From Eledone cirrhosa (Eukaryota), in the NCBI GenBank assembly GCA_964016885.1, contig OZ024742.1:270816001-270880000 (forward strand): 64,000 bases of DNA, in the 5' to 3' direction. Shown here in pieces: positions 42,366 to 55,122 of the stretch (position 1 is its first letter; the number at the start of each line of letters is the position of its first letter). The translations under genes and the position numbers were made by a program. Below the pieces are notes generated by a model. It saw only the letters and a list, made by a program, of their open reading frames with translations, searched no databases and was not told the DNA's origin.

Positions 42366-42689
42366 TTATATACACACACACACATATATATATATATGTG
42401 AAATGAGAGAGAGAGAGAGTAGATTGAAGAAGTAAATAATAGAATGTTGGCAATGTGACTACTAGCACGAACAAGCTTAAAATTGGAATTTAGTTCAAGT
42501 TATATAGTCAATATATGGAACCAGAAAATTACCTACTATAAGATTCTGTTTGAGAATTGTAAATAAAAACTATGTTCATCGTAAAGAATAATGATATCTG
42601 TAGTGCTGGAATATCCTTATGTAAATTGTTAATTATTTGCTGATATATTTTGGGAGAAACTCCCAAGTTTTAGAAGATAAGGAAATTAA

Positions 42690-43450
42690 ATCGAAGCCGA
42701 AGAAGCTTGAGTGTTTCTCATGGCACATTTTTGACACAGACACATCCTATTATATGAAAAATTAAAGTGTCCTCTGTGTCGGCCATGTTTACTTATTTTT
42801 CTCCTAAGGAGGGAATCTCTCCCGAAATATATCATGCAAAATTTATACATTTTCAAAATAGATTTCCAACAACATTGATATAATTGAATGCATATCATTT
42901 CATTGATATAACAACAAAATTGATAGCAGCAAAATTGCTGTTATAATTGCTTGGAAGGTATTCGTTGTGAAAGAGAGGAAGAGAATATGAATGTCAATAC
43001 ATACTAAATCGGTGTATGAAGTAGATTTTAGAACGGTTTGAAAGGTGAAATATATATGTCAGCTTAATACCTTTGTTTTTCAGCGTGGTCAACTTCCATG
43101 ATAAATTGTATATCAATAATATCATTCCCATATATAACTGACACTCTATCCTTGTTTACTCCAGTGATAAACTGATAGGACCATGATCATTATTGATTTT
43201 CTTACAGGCACATAATTGCCCGATTATCCAGGAAGCGCCATTGTCATGTCTCGCACGATTCGCTTATTTCTTCACAGTTTAGCATCGTGCTTAGTTTCTA
43301 AAATTTCCCTTTTCAATGTACTACCAAATGAACATTCATGACTCTTTGTTTAAATTTCACAAACAAAGGAATTTGCTTCTTGGTTGTTATTAATTTTAAA
43401 ATATGACCGCGAACTTCACATACTCTTACACCTTATAGTCATTACCGCCA
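42690..43450 (-). mobile_element. Possible very old hAT (Ac-like) transposase remnant
   Basis: Faint BED-finger-like SYF..VCEI..FGST..LETKH and a CWKSILKM (RWNS-like) segment on the minus strand. Confidence 0.3.
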
Positions 43451-45054
43451 TACGTAAACTCAATCTTGATTTTGCTTTGTTTCAACACCTCCCTTAAACT
43501 TTCTCGTTCGCCATTTGGTTAAAAGAATAAAATTTACATGTCATTAGTTGCCAATACAAAGAATGTGGTGCATTGCTTATTTGTTCAAGGTATGGATATG
43601 TCACCAGTTAAAAACTGGTATAGTAGACTAGTATGGGGCAACCAAAACATAGATGCATGAACCCCATATTGTGTTGCTTACTGACCGCCACCACATTCAA
43701 CTAATATTTATATATTTACCTGCTTAGAACATGCTTTGATGATACTGTGCAGCGAAATGTTTCGATCCACTCACCTGGAATTAAGTTTGCGAAATTCAAC
43801 ATACTGTTACTGTTTATATTTTCCTTAATTATACTTTTAGGCAGGAGTGGATGGAAATCAAAAATTATTATTGTGCAGCATGTGATACTGAATCGAGGGC
43901 TTTAGTGTCTCCTAATGTTACTGCAATCAGTCCGGCTAATATCATAATAGACCAAAAAATATGACCATCCTGATTACTGAATGAGATTATTAACATGACA
44001 GATGATGCTTCTTACAATATATTACTATTAATGTTTCGTAGCTCTTTCATACATATCTAAATATGTTCTAGAATAGTTCAATGTATTCCTGAATTTCGCC
44101 CAAATATTGATAACTTTACACAATTAAACGTTTTAAATGAACATTTTGAGAAACAAGATTTTTAACTTCTCCTCAAGGCGAAGGTATATCTTATCTCTCA
44201 CATAATTGATCTGACATTTAGTGTCTGAAAGTTCCACTGCCACTTTAATTCGCCGAAACATTTCATATTTATTTAGAACGTATCATATATAGGCCGTTCG
44301 CATTTTTTTAATTACAAATATGTATTGGTTTAATTAACAATTTCATTTTTTAAATGATGCAACTGTAACCAACACATTTCCGATAAACAGATTTTATGAA
44401 TAATTAACAGTATTGCTATATTATATCTCTTGAAATAATATTTAATGTTTTAGGTGTTACGATACACATAGCTATGATGAGAATGTAACTTCATAATAGG
44501 GACGTATGGAATTTATCAATAATACTTAATTGTTTCATTAGAAGGCAAAATGTTTAGAAACAATACATTTTTGTATCCAAATATTTAGTCACTCTACAAA
44601 TAATTGATATATATGTACAAAAGTCTGCGCATTATTTAAATCATCTCACAAACAAATCGAATAATTCGAACCCAGGTATCCGGCAAGTGACTCCCTACTT
44701 GTATTATCCAGAGACACAGATAGATAATTTCATTATATGTCTCTATTTCACTTTGGCGCTTTTGGCTAGAATAAATCCATGGCAACATCGGTTATGCTAT
44801 TTCCACATATTCAAAATTCGAATCTCATGTTTCACAGTTTCTGCTGTTTCTGTCTCATATCTGCCATTACTGGAATATTCCACCAATTTTCCAGAAAATC
44901 CAATATTATTGGGTGTTGCGCGAGCATTAAGTATATTATTAATAACTCCTTACAAAAATTTAAATTTGAAAATTTAAATAGCGGCCAGCCAAAAGCATGT
45001 ATTCTTTATTTCTACAACGGGCTACTACATATTTTAGATGGGTTTTCCAACCGC

Positions 45055-45091
<37 letters not shown>

Positions 45092-45226
45092 TACGATTCT
45101 CTTCAGCTTTTGACTTTCTTTTAATTTGATTTGATGCCTTATAATTAGCCAGCCTCATTCTCAAAATAACTAAATTTAAATACATTATATGACATAACAT
45201 AAGTTGTGAATTAATTGTTAACAACT

Positions 45227-46465
45227 GTATATACTACGTAAATGGCAATTTCTGGCTGTGTATCTGTGTATATTCTTTGGCACCTAAACCGGTGATACGA
45301 ACCTGATGAAACTTTACACGCATATTAAGCTAATATTCAGAAATAGGACTGGCTAATTGAATTTCAATAAGAATAAATAATCGAACCCCAGGGGACATTT
45401 TTACAAAGGAGGAAAGAGAAAACCTTTCAGTGAGAGAGGGGGAAGAGGACATACTACTGCTCCATGATAAACCCTCCCACCCATTACTTCTCTTCCTCCT
45501 CCCACAACTCAGTGCTCCAAAACGGAGCAACAACTCATTAGAAATATGCATAAAGAAATATCAAATAAAGCAGAAGACAATATAATTGTGGCTGACGACT
45601 GAACATATATATATATATATATAAATATCACATCCTCTGATATGGATTCTGAACACGCGCAAACGCATAGGTCTCATTAAGATCAACTGCAGGAATCGGT
45701 GATAAGTTCCAAAAAATATGATGATCATTGACCTGGAAGTTGTCTTACCATGAGATTAGTCCGAAGAATAAAACTCAAATCATATGTAGATCAATATTCG
45801 TACAATCGGCATGTTAATTATATCATGCCGTCTTTGAGAGTAGAGTTTATTTTCTCGATATTTCAAAGTGTCGGATCATGGAAAGAATAATACGAATTAA
45901 CAGTCACCATTTCAATGCTCTCTTTAGGGACAACACTTCTGATTGTTTATCCAACTCATAACGGTGTGTTTTCTCGGGTTATGTCTACTATAAGGGAAAC
46001 ATGGGATGGTTATATTGAATTGCTTCACAAACGGCGATATATCCATAAACGGGGATATACAGGGTGCTTGAACAATAGCGGAATATTTTCACTCAGTTAT
46101 AATTTCTTTCAATAATTGCGATGACTTCCTCAATTGATCTGTGTTTGTTCTTGAGCGCTAAGGCAGTAAGTTTGCTGCTCTTATAAAGAAGAGTCTGTTG
46201 AATAAGTTCGATACTATTCGATACTATTCGAGCTCAACTTTACTTATTAACTCTGAAGGAAGAAAGCTGGATGGAAGAACGACACATGACTTAAACAGCT
46301 ATTGAAAGTTCCACACAAAAAAAAATGGATTGCCATAAATACACCTAGCAACGGTTGCTATTGAAAATCCCATATGAGCACCCAGGGTCGCTAGCATTTT
46401 CAGTCGCACTCTGGGAAATGCGAATAACCCCACATTTCCCGGGTATTACCGGGAACTGCAGCTAG
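45227..46465 (+). mobile_element. Non-autonomous Helitron-like element (3' end clear, 5' end tentative)
   Basis: Perfect hairpin TTCCCGG-GTATTA-CCGGGAA (46436-46455) followed by CTAG|T at 46462-46465. The region near 45227 (TGTATATACTACGTAAAT..CTGTGTATCTGTGT) resembles Helitron-N starts. Confidence 0.6.
45638..45858 (-). mobile_element. Gypsy-like LTR 3' fragment
   Basis: Copy of 49717-49940. Minus strand reads AATAAACTCTACTCTC...CCATATCA. Confidence 0.6.
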
Positions 46466-46683
46466 TTCTTAATATATAGAGATTTGACCTCTATCGCTCG
46501 CCCTAAATAGCCCACTGTCTCAACAGTGATACTATTTCTTTGGTGAAGAAGAAACTTGATGATACGCTGCCTATTTCGCTCCCAGTAACATTACTAACGT
46601 AATCATTTTCAAATGTATATATATATATATATATATTAGTGAAAAAGAACAAAGGAACTATTATGACATTATAACAAGTTTAT

Positions 46684-46730
46684 TGCCGACAGCCGTTTCG
46701 TCCGACCCCATGGTGGGACTTATCAAGGCA
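46684..46730 (-). ncRNA. Type I hammerhead, U3-A8 core variant, apparently intact
   Basis: TGCC-TTGATAA-GTCC-CACCATGGGGTC-GGAC-GAAAC-GGCT-GTC-GGCA, followed by AATAAA overlapping the stem I 3' arm. Confidence 0.8.
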
Positions 46731-47654
46731 TATAACATGTGATTGCAAGATCATTGTTTACATCAACGTATCACTCAAGGCTAGCAGTTTGAAATTGTTG
46801 TATACATCAGCAACTCCGCTTTAAGGGGGGCTCTTTTATATTAGTTGTCGGGGTCAGGGATTGAAGTTTAAAAATTAGACAAAAATATATAATTCACGCA
46901 TCAACATTAAACCAAAAGACTTGGGGTCCCGTAGAAGCACCTCAGAAAATCCCTCAATGAGTGCATAAAGCTTACAGGCTCCAATAAACCTATTAGTCTA
47001 GAAGAAAATTAAGAGGCTAATAAAATAAGAAAATAAAAATATAAAGTTTCCCTAAAAAATATATAGAGTTCCTATGAAATTTCTTCTAGAGAAAAATAAT
47101 TTTTTCCGAAAGAAAAAAAACCCTCTTCCCCCGAGATCACGTTTACAAAATTCAGAAAACTGAATTGAAAACTAGGTTGAAAGAAACTATTCAATTAGAG
47201 GTTAATTCAGAGAGCCTTCCATAAATCTCTCAGAAAAGGCCCCTTTACTATTTCCAATAGGAACTTCTTCCGAGAGACCCTTCGAAGAATTAAAATTTTA
47301 GAGAGCCTTTAAGGATAAATATAAAAACGAATTGAGGAAAATTATACATTAAAAGTTAAAAATTAAAAATTACGGTATTTGGGATATCCGAGGAATTTTC
47401 AAAGGGCTGCTTCAACAGATACAACTTAGGCATGATAGATACAATAATCTAAGCCATTTAAGTAATTTAATTAGGGAGCAATTCAAGGAGTTTATCAAGT
47501 TGGGCAAGATTAAAGAAAGTGGCAACTAAGAAAATACATAAGCAAAAAGACAATAATCATAAAATGTATCTTTAAGAAGCTATAAGGTAGCTTCAGTGAT
47601 CTAACCCTGTATTATCACAAAAAAACATTCTAAAACTATTGATACAGGATTAAA

Positions 47655-47805
47655 AATTATTACAAAATCATTACAAAATTACCACAAAATCATTACAAAA
47701 TTATCAAATCATCACAAAATTACCACAAAATCATTACAAAATTATCAAATTATCATAAAATTATCGCAAAATTATTACAAAATTATCATAAAATTATTAC
47801 AAAAA
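47655..47805. repeat. ~11-bp minisatellite (CAAAATTATCA-like)
   Basis: Directly visible, about 13 units. Confidence 0.85.
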
Positions 47806-48263
47806 TATAACAGGATAAACAGTACTGGTGACCGTGTGGGCGCGATATCCATTCTGCCTATGCAGTCCCCTGCACAGCTCCAGGCACGATATCCATTAGG
47901 CGTAAGCAGTCATCTGCATAGCTCCAGGCGCAGCTGGTCTTGTTTAAACGTTCATAGATCACCTGGGGTTCACTATTATCTGCGTGGACTCTCTGGGAGA
48001 TGTACCTGTGGATCTAATAGCCAGTGGTTGCCGGATGTGGTCCGTTCGATCTTTTAGTTTCAGGGGTTGAATGCTTTCGCGATAGACGAGCCTGCTGGTT
48101 CTAAGTCCAAGGTTTCGCCACGCATGATGTATTGGTCCACATGCTATATTGTTAAAAAACCAGTGTGAATTTGACTGGGGTGGTATATTACGAACTCCAA
48201 GTCCACACGCGACTGGTCAAAAGCGAAGGGCTGTCCTCTCTTTGTTTGCTGTATGGGTCGGTC

Positions 48264-48296
<33 letters not shown>

Positions 48297-48308
48297 GGAG
48301 ATGTGTGC

Positions 48309-48339
<31 letters not shown>

Positions 48340-48341
48340 AA

Positions 48342-49630
48342 TATGTGAATTTTGTATAACTAAATACATACAGTATGTTTAACAAATAAACATTTTGAAA
48401 GCCCAGGTATCAATATTGAAAGACTGAGAGTCAGCGCCATCTAGCAGATTCCAGCTGAGACGGCGGTGACAACGGTCTATATGCATTTCAATCTCTGCTA
48501 TCAATAGAGCAGTGCTTCACCTGCTCTGTGATGGACATTTGAACAGGTGAAAATATATAGGTGTTTCGCGTTTATAGGTGGGCTGATAAGCTTCACTTTC
48601 TTATGGAGCTCTGTAAGCTTACTCAATATGAAAGTATAATTAATATTTAGCCCCAAAATAGCTGTATACATACAGTTATGTGAATTTCGTATATCTAAAG
48701 ATATACGGTATCTTTAATAAATAAATATCTTGAAAGACCAGCTATGAATATTGAAAGGGTGATGGCCAGTGCCCTGTAGCACATTCCAGTTTAAGCAGTC
48801 AGTAACATCTGTCTATGTTCACTTCAAGTTCTGGCCTTCATTAGGACCGTGCTTCTCCTGCTCTCTTGTGGAAATTTGAACAAGCGAAAATAAATAGCCT
48901 TTCACCTACGTAGTTGAGCTGATTAGCTTCATTTGCGTATAAAGCTCATAAATCTGCCTCATTTTAAAGGCAGAATTAAAATGCAGCCCCAAAATATGTG
49001 TAAACATAGAGGTATATAAATTGCGTATATCGAAATTTATAAGTTATATTTAATAATTACACATTTTGGCTGCCCAAATATGAATATTGAAGTGTACCGT
49101 CCAGCGCTGTCTATGTGCACTAAAAGCTATGGTTATCATCAAAGCAGTCCTTTCCCCTCTTCTCTGTTCGAACGTAGAACAGATGAACATACATGCTTCA
49201 ATCGCGTATGTAGGTGGGCTGAGTAGCAACATTTGCATATGGAGCTGTGTAAGATAAATTACATTTTAGATCCGATATTGATGTATACAAACAAGTACGT
49301 GAATTCTGTATAGCTACAGATATACGCTATGTATACAGCTATGTTGTGGCTATAAATTTAATTATGCTTTTGAGTTTAGCGTACTTATGCAGGCCCGTAT
49401 GCAAATGAGGCTAATCAGCCCATCCACACAGGCAAAACAAACTATATACTTTCGCCTATGTTGATGATAGACTGAGCCTGAAGTGTGCATATACAGTTGA
49501 CTTCCGCTGATTCTTTGTAATCCAAGACGGCGCTGGCTGTCAGTAATTCAATATCCATAACATGTCTTTCAAATTGTTTATGTAAGAAATATGCAGTATA
49601 TCTTTATATAACGGAATCCACATAATCGTA
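48342..49630. repeat. Old ~335-bp repeat: three tandem units plus one inverted unit
   Basis: Units start ATGTGAATTT.. at ~48342, ~48678 and ~49015. 49330-49630 is an inverted unit. Confidence 0.75.
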
Positions 49631-49636
49631 TACACG

Positions 49637-49710
<74 letters not shown>

Positions 49711-49716
49711 ATACAC

Positions 49717-50157
49717 TGTTATGGATTCTGAACACGAGCAAACGCATAGGTCTCATTAAGATCAACTGCAGGAATCGGTGATAAGTTACAGAAAAAGTGT
49801 GATAATCAATGACCTGGTAGTTGGCTTACCATGAGATTAGTGCGAAGAATAAAACCCAAAGTGTATGTCGATCAAAATTCGTACACACGGCGTGTTAATT
49901 GTAACAAACCGTCTTTGAGAGTAGAGTTTATTTTCTCGATTCTAACACAGGATTTTTATTCTATTTCAGTTTATATTTTTCAGAATTTTTGATATTGGTT
50001 GTAACACACATGCATTCTTTATTTGTTTGTCATACGCCACAAAGTGAAATGGTGGCAGGATAGATGCCAGCCTACACACAAATTCTTCAGACCATAACAG
50101 CAGCATACTAAATTGACCTGATAACTGACCTCTTAACACCACTACCTCTACCAACAC
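49717..50157 (-). mobile_element. Gypsy-like LTR, 3' part
   Basis: Ends CCATAACA on the minus strand and has AATAAA. 49935-50157 is inverted at 57243-57465, whose element starts TGTTATGG. Confidence 0.65.
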
Positions 50158-50159
50158 AG

Positions 50160-51215
50160 TGCTAGTTTTCTAGACGTGTTTTTCCATAGCTCGTCCCATT
50201 AACGGAGCTGCAGTGCTGTATCAGGAAAAAAACCGAGGGATAGCGCTTGGAAGCTGGAATGTCTCCAAGCGCTCACAACCTTCTACCAGCTGGGCACTAG
50301 TATCGGTGGAACATCCACATCGGCGTTCAACAGAGGAGTAGTGGAGAGGAAATGTAACGACGTTCTCGGCGTTGAAGACGATCAGCTGTTCGCTCTCTTC
50401 AAGAGAACTGTCAACCCGGGGCCTATGGACAACTTCCAGAAATCCCTGGCCTGGCGATGCTACCGGGGAGCGTTGCCGGTTAGAGATAAGCTCTACAGGC
50501 ACGGAAGTGCCGTCAGCCGAACCTGTCCGAGATGCGCACAGGGGGATGAAATCGTTTTGCACGCACTCATTCAGTGTCCGACCATTGCTGTCTTGTGGAA
50601 CTATGTCGAACATTTGCTATCAGGTGTAGGACGGATCCGGTTATCGTGAGTCCATTGTTGAATATAGTCCCGCCGTCCTCCTTTAAGGAGGAGGAAGTTC
50701 AGGCAGTTTCCATCTGCCTGGTGGCCATGGCGAAAGAGATTGTGTAGTGGACAAGGTTTAAAGGATTGAAGACCCACACTTTGCTCTTTGGGGAATCCCT
50801 GATTAACTTTTTCAAATTTCACCTGAAGAGGAAAATCAGGGTGGAGAGGCAAGTGCTGTTTTCTAGTAAGTTTGTTGAAAGGTGGGTGAAAGTGGCGAGT
50901 CTGGTCCGAGTGAACGGGCCCGTTCCGAGTATGCGCCTGTAGACATGGAGAGGGAAACTTAGAGAGGGCGCCTGTCCTGGTGGTCAGGGTGGCCGTGGTC
51001 TTCTCGGAGGTTTCTCCCCTATTAAGTAATTGTTTTCATTGTTTGAACTTTCATTTTTATTCTTTATATATATATATGTTTCTATGTCTTTTTTCTTTTT
51101 TGTTTCTTATATAAATAATAACAACTTTTACACGCACAAATCCCACATCGTACCGTCCTGCACCGTCCTGTGCCGTCTATAATGCGTTTCTTGATGTCAG
51201 CCCTTGTGGCCAATC
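50160..51215 (+). mobile_element. Tx1/L1-like LINE 3' end
   Basis: FQKSLAWRCYRGALPVRDKL..CPRCAQGDEIVLHALIQC (zinc knuckle), LINFFKFHLKRKIRVER, and a 3' UTR ending CAGCCCTTGTGGCCAAT. Confidence 0.9.
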
Positions 51216-51220
51216 ATTAT

Positions 51221-51362
51221 TGCGGTCCTTTACATTCTGAGTTCAAACCCGCCGAGGTTAACTTTGCCTTTCATCCTTACGGGGTCGATAAAATAAAGTA
51301 CCAGTAATACACTGAGTAATTGCTGGCCTTGTGCCAAAAGTAGAAACGATTATTATTATTCA
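51221..51362 (+). mobile_element. tRNA-head SINE, 5'-truncated
   Basis: GAGTTCAAACCCGCCGAGGTTAACTTTGCC...GTAGAAACGATTATTATT. Confidence 0.85.
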
Positions 51363-51913
51363 TATTTATATAATGCTAATGAGTCTACCAGACAGACGAC
51401 CAGTGGTTTGAGTGGGGCAAGCTGCTAGAAACGGTAGCCCAAAACTCAAATTAAGAGGTTCCACAAAACAGAGAGAGAGAGAGAGAAGAACGTTGTTAGG
51501 AGCAATATATGGTCTCGTACACGCATCTCCTCCCACGTTTTGCAAGTCAGTTATTTAAGCGCTCAGAGCGTTGTTTGGAATGTATACACCTAACACACAC
51601 TAATGAACGTGCGCTAATTCAATTCAAACACTGTTTTTCAAGCGAAACATTCTCTCAGCTTTTAAGTGCGTAATGTATAGTCTTAAAGGTGGGTTGTTTC
51701 ATTTTAATTTTTCTTTTTAATTATAATGTATCTGCCTCACTTTTCTTAGTTTATAAGTTCAATACATAGTGGTATTCTCTGCAACTTCATAAACACACGC
51801 AATTTCTCTCGCGTGCTTTCTTCTGCATACTATATTTGAAGAGCCAGGGAACGTTTGTCCTCTGAGCTCGTGAATGACAGGGTCTAACGCGAGTTTTTGA
51901 CTCCGTTAGTTCA

Positions 51914-52018
<105 letters not shown>

Positions 52019-52314
52019 AATGAAAATAGAGAAATTAATGTGGGCAAGAAGCCAACAGTATTTCATAATATATAAGTTACTATAATGTCAAAATGGAAAA
52101 TAATTGGCGTAAGATATGGGAAAATAATTCAAACTCAATTTAAAAAGACAGAGATTTTATCGACAGATTTTGTGAAATCCAGGGAAAAAACCAATAGAGT
52201 CTTAACTCAGAATAAAATGAAGTTTAAATACACATCCATCAATTTGGAAAAACTACAAATGCTCTATATAGTTTTAAAAAGACTATTTCACGAAATTTTT
52301 CAGTGGGATTAGTC

Positions 52315-52526
52315 ACCGTCGAATTAATTAATTCGACGGTAATAGTAGAGTATATACAGTATTTAAAATAGAAATGGTACCTACATGAATAAAACACTCT
52401 TATTTGAAGGAAATAGTAGAGTATATACTGTATTTAATATAGAAATGGCTTCTAAATGACTAAAACTATCTTATTGGAAGCAAATAGTAGAGTATATATA
52501 GTATTCAATATATAAATGGCTTCTAG
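52315..52526. repeat. Perfect 26-bp palindrome followed by a ~71-bp tandem repeat (x2.6)
   Basis: ACCGTCGAATTAATTAATTCGACGGT (52315-52340); AATAGTAGAGTATATA.. at 52341, 52412 and 52483. Confidence 0.85.
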
Positions 52527-53123
52527 AGTATCAGCCGTACTAAGACTCAGAAATGAATTTTCATTTTTTCGATTTATCGTTTTCGGAACACCGGGCCGAC
52601 TAACTAACTCGTTATGCAAATTAGGTTGCTCATTCGTTAATATACACGAGGAAAGTATATACTTTCAAACGTTCAATCGACAGACAGGGAGTTATACGAT
52701 GCTGATGACAGCTAATAAGCTATAACTAGTTCACCGTTCCTTAGTCAGTGTTGAACAAACGAGCAACGATGGTTGCCGAACACTTTACGGCTAATAATTC
52801 GGGCTGTTTGTTTACAAACAAACCGAGAATTATAATAAATGTTCGGTAAATCCATACGTACATATATATATGTGGGCATGTATGTGTGAATATACAGACT
52901 AGTGTACGTATGTATACATATATGTATGTACTTATAGATACTTATATTTAAGTATCAGTCGTACTAAGAGTGAGAATGAAATTTCGTTTCATTTTTTCCA
53001 TTTATCGTTTTCGGTGCGCTCGGTCGTCTAACTCACTCTATAATCAAATTAAGCTGCTCAGCCGTTAATATGCATAATGAAAGAATATACTTTCAAACGT
53101 TGAATCGACTGACAGGTAGGTAT

Positions 53124-53166
53124 ACGATGCTGATGACAGCTAATAAGTTAGAAACTAGTTCATCGT
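53124..53166 (+). ncRNA. Minimal type I hammerhead (array unit 2)
   Basis: ACGATG-CTGATGA-C-AGCT-AATA-AGTT-A-GAAAC-TA-GTT-CATCGT. 6-bp stem I, palindromic ACTAGT stem III, GUU triplet. Confidence 0.75.
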
Positions 53167-53903
53167 TCCTTAGTCAGTGTTGAACAAACGGGCATCGATG
53201 GTTGCCTAACACTTTACGGCTACTAATTCGGGCTGTTTGTTTACAAACAAACCGAGCATTATAATAGATGTTCTTTAAAACCATACGTACATATATGTAT
53301 GTGTGCATGTATGTATGTACATACTAGTGTACGTCTGTATCCATATATGTATGTACGTATACATAATTATATTTAAGTATCAGTCGTACTAAGTAAGATG
53401 ACAATTGAAATTTCATTTTTTCCATTCATCGTATTCGGTACACCCGGCCGACTAACAAACTCGATATGGAAATTAGGCTGCTCAGCCGTTAATATACAAA
53501 AAGAAAGTATATACTTTCAAACGTTCAATCGACTGACAGGAAGGTATAAGATGCTGATGACAGCTAATATGCTAGAGATTAGTTCTTCGTTCCTTATTCA
53601 GTGTTGAAAAAAAGGGCAACGATGGTTGCCGAACACTGTACAGCTACTAATTCGTCTGTTTGTTTAGAAACAAACCGTACATTATAATAAATGTTCGATA
53701 AACCCATACGTGCATATATATATGTATGTGCATGTATGTATATACATACGGGCAACAATGGTTGCCGAACACTGTACGGCTACTATTTAAGGCTACTATT
53801 TAAGCATAATAAATGTTCGGTAAACCCATGCGTACATATATGTGAGCATGCATGTATACATATACATACTAGTGTACGTCTGTATACATACATATATTTA
53901 CGT

Positions 53904-54884
53904 CGATGGGGAAATATCAAAGAGGATACAGAAAGCCAGTGATGCTTTCGGAAAACTGAACAAGCGTCTCTGGCCTCAACACGGAATTTCGGTAAAGACA
54001 AGGTTCAAAGTGTATCATGCGTGTGTGCTCACGGCACTTCTTTATGCTTGTGAAACATGGGTGGTCTACCGTACACAGATGAAGCAACTTGAGAGGTTCC
54101 ACCAGTACTGCTTACGTCGGATCATCGGCATAATTTGGCAAATGTTTGTCAGTGACGTCGAGGTTCTGGACAGAAGTGGCTGTGATAGTGTCGAGTCCTT
54201 GATTTTGAAACATCAACTGCGCTGGACAAGCCATCTTATAAGGATGAATGACAAGCGAATGCCAAAGCGGCTGATTTATGGCGAGCTCCAAATGAGAAAA
54301 AGGAACACGAGCAAACCAAAGATGCGTTTTAAGGACTGCAACAAGGGGGCTCTCAAGAAAAGTAACATCCCTTTTGAGCACTGGGAAGCATGCGCTAGCG
54401 ACCGATCGCATTGGAAGAAAGCAGTGGCTAGTGGCAAGAGACTATTTGAGGAAACAAGGCACGCGACACTAAAACGAGATGTCCGGAAAGGAATCCATGT
54501 TGGCCTTCCCGAAGGCACTGACAGACGGTCTGACCTGACATGTGAGACCTGTAATAGGGTTTGTCTGAGCATAGCAGGTCTAAAGAGTCAGCTGAGAGTG
54601 CACAAGAACAGGGAAGTAGGCACCTATGGAGCTATAAGTGTTCATCAGACGACGCCATGTACTGTTTGTGGAAGGGTATGCAGGTCGATTAGTGATCTCA
54701 CACGACACCTTGGGTCACATGGTACCATGGGCCAAGCACTTGGTGTCAATAATTGTCACAATTGTAGTGTTTATACCTGAGTTTTCAAGTCGCTGGCTGG
54801 ACTAAAAACCCACACACGTTCAGCGCTTCGGTAGGGGTTCTCCTACATGGATATAAACTAGTGGCCGCCGAGTTGGCAGCCGCC
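53904..54884 (+). mobile_element. 5'-truncated RTE-clade LINE with C-terminal C2H2 fingers, inserted in array unit 3
   Basis: DGEISKRIQKASDAFGKL..LLYACETW..QLRWTSHLIRM..RMPKRLIYGEL (RTE thumb / C-terminus), then CETC..H, CTVC..H..H and a degenerate third finger. Candidate TSD ATTTACGT / ATGTACGT. Confidence 0.9.
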
Positions 54885-55078
54885 ATGTACGTATACATAC
54901 TTATATTTCAGTATCAGCCATACTAAGAGTGAGAAATGAAATTTCCTTTTTTCCAATTATCGTTTTCGGTACACCCGGCCGACTGACTCACTCGATATGC
55001 AAATTAGGCTGCTCAGGCGTTAATATGCATCAGGAAATTATATACGTTCAAATGTTTAATCGACTGACAGGAAGGTAT

Positions 55079-55122
55079 ACAATGCTGATGACAGCTAATA
55101 AGCTAGAAACTAGTTTCATCGT
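55079..55122 (+). ncRNA. Minimal type I hammerhead (array unit 4)
   Basis: ACAATG-CTGATGA-C-AGCT-AATA-AGCT-A-GAAAC-TAGTTT-CATCGT, with one extra T at the cleavage site. Confidence 0.65.

Larger units (their letters stand above)
46640..48260 (-). mobile_element. Probable internally deleted Penelope-like element
   Basis: HHR plus AATAAA at the 3' end. A decayed PNTVIFNF..ILKG.LKF segment resembles PLE N-termini. Flanked by (TA)n. Confidence 0.4.

Noticed and set aside
54950-55040. Possible antisense hammerhead in the 425-bp unit (viroid-like ambisense ribozymes)
   Set aside because: The core reads CTGATGC in unit 4 only and is not conserved in other units; stems are unconvincing.
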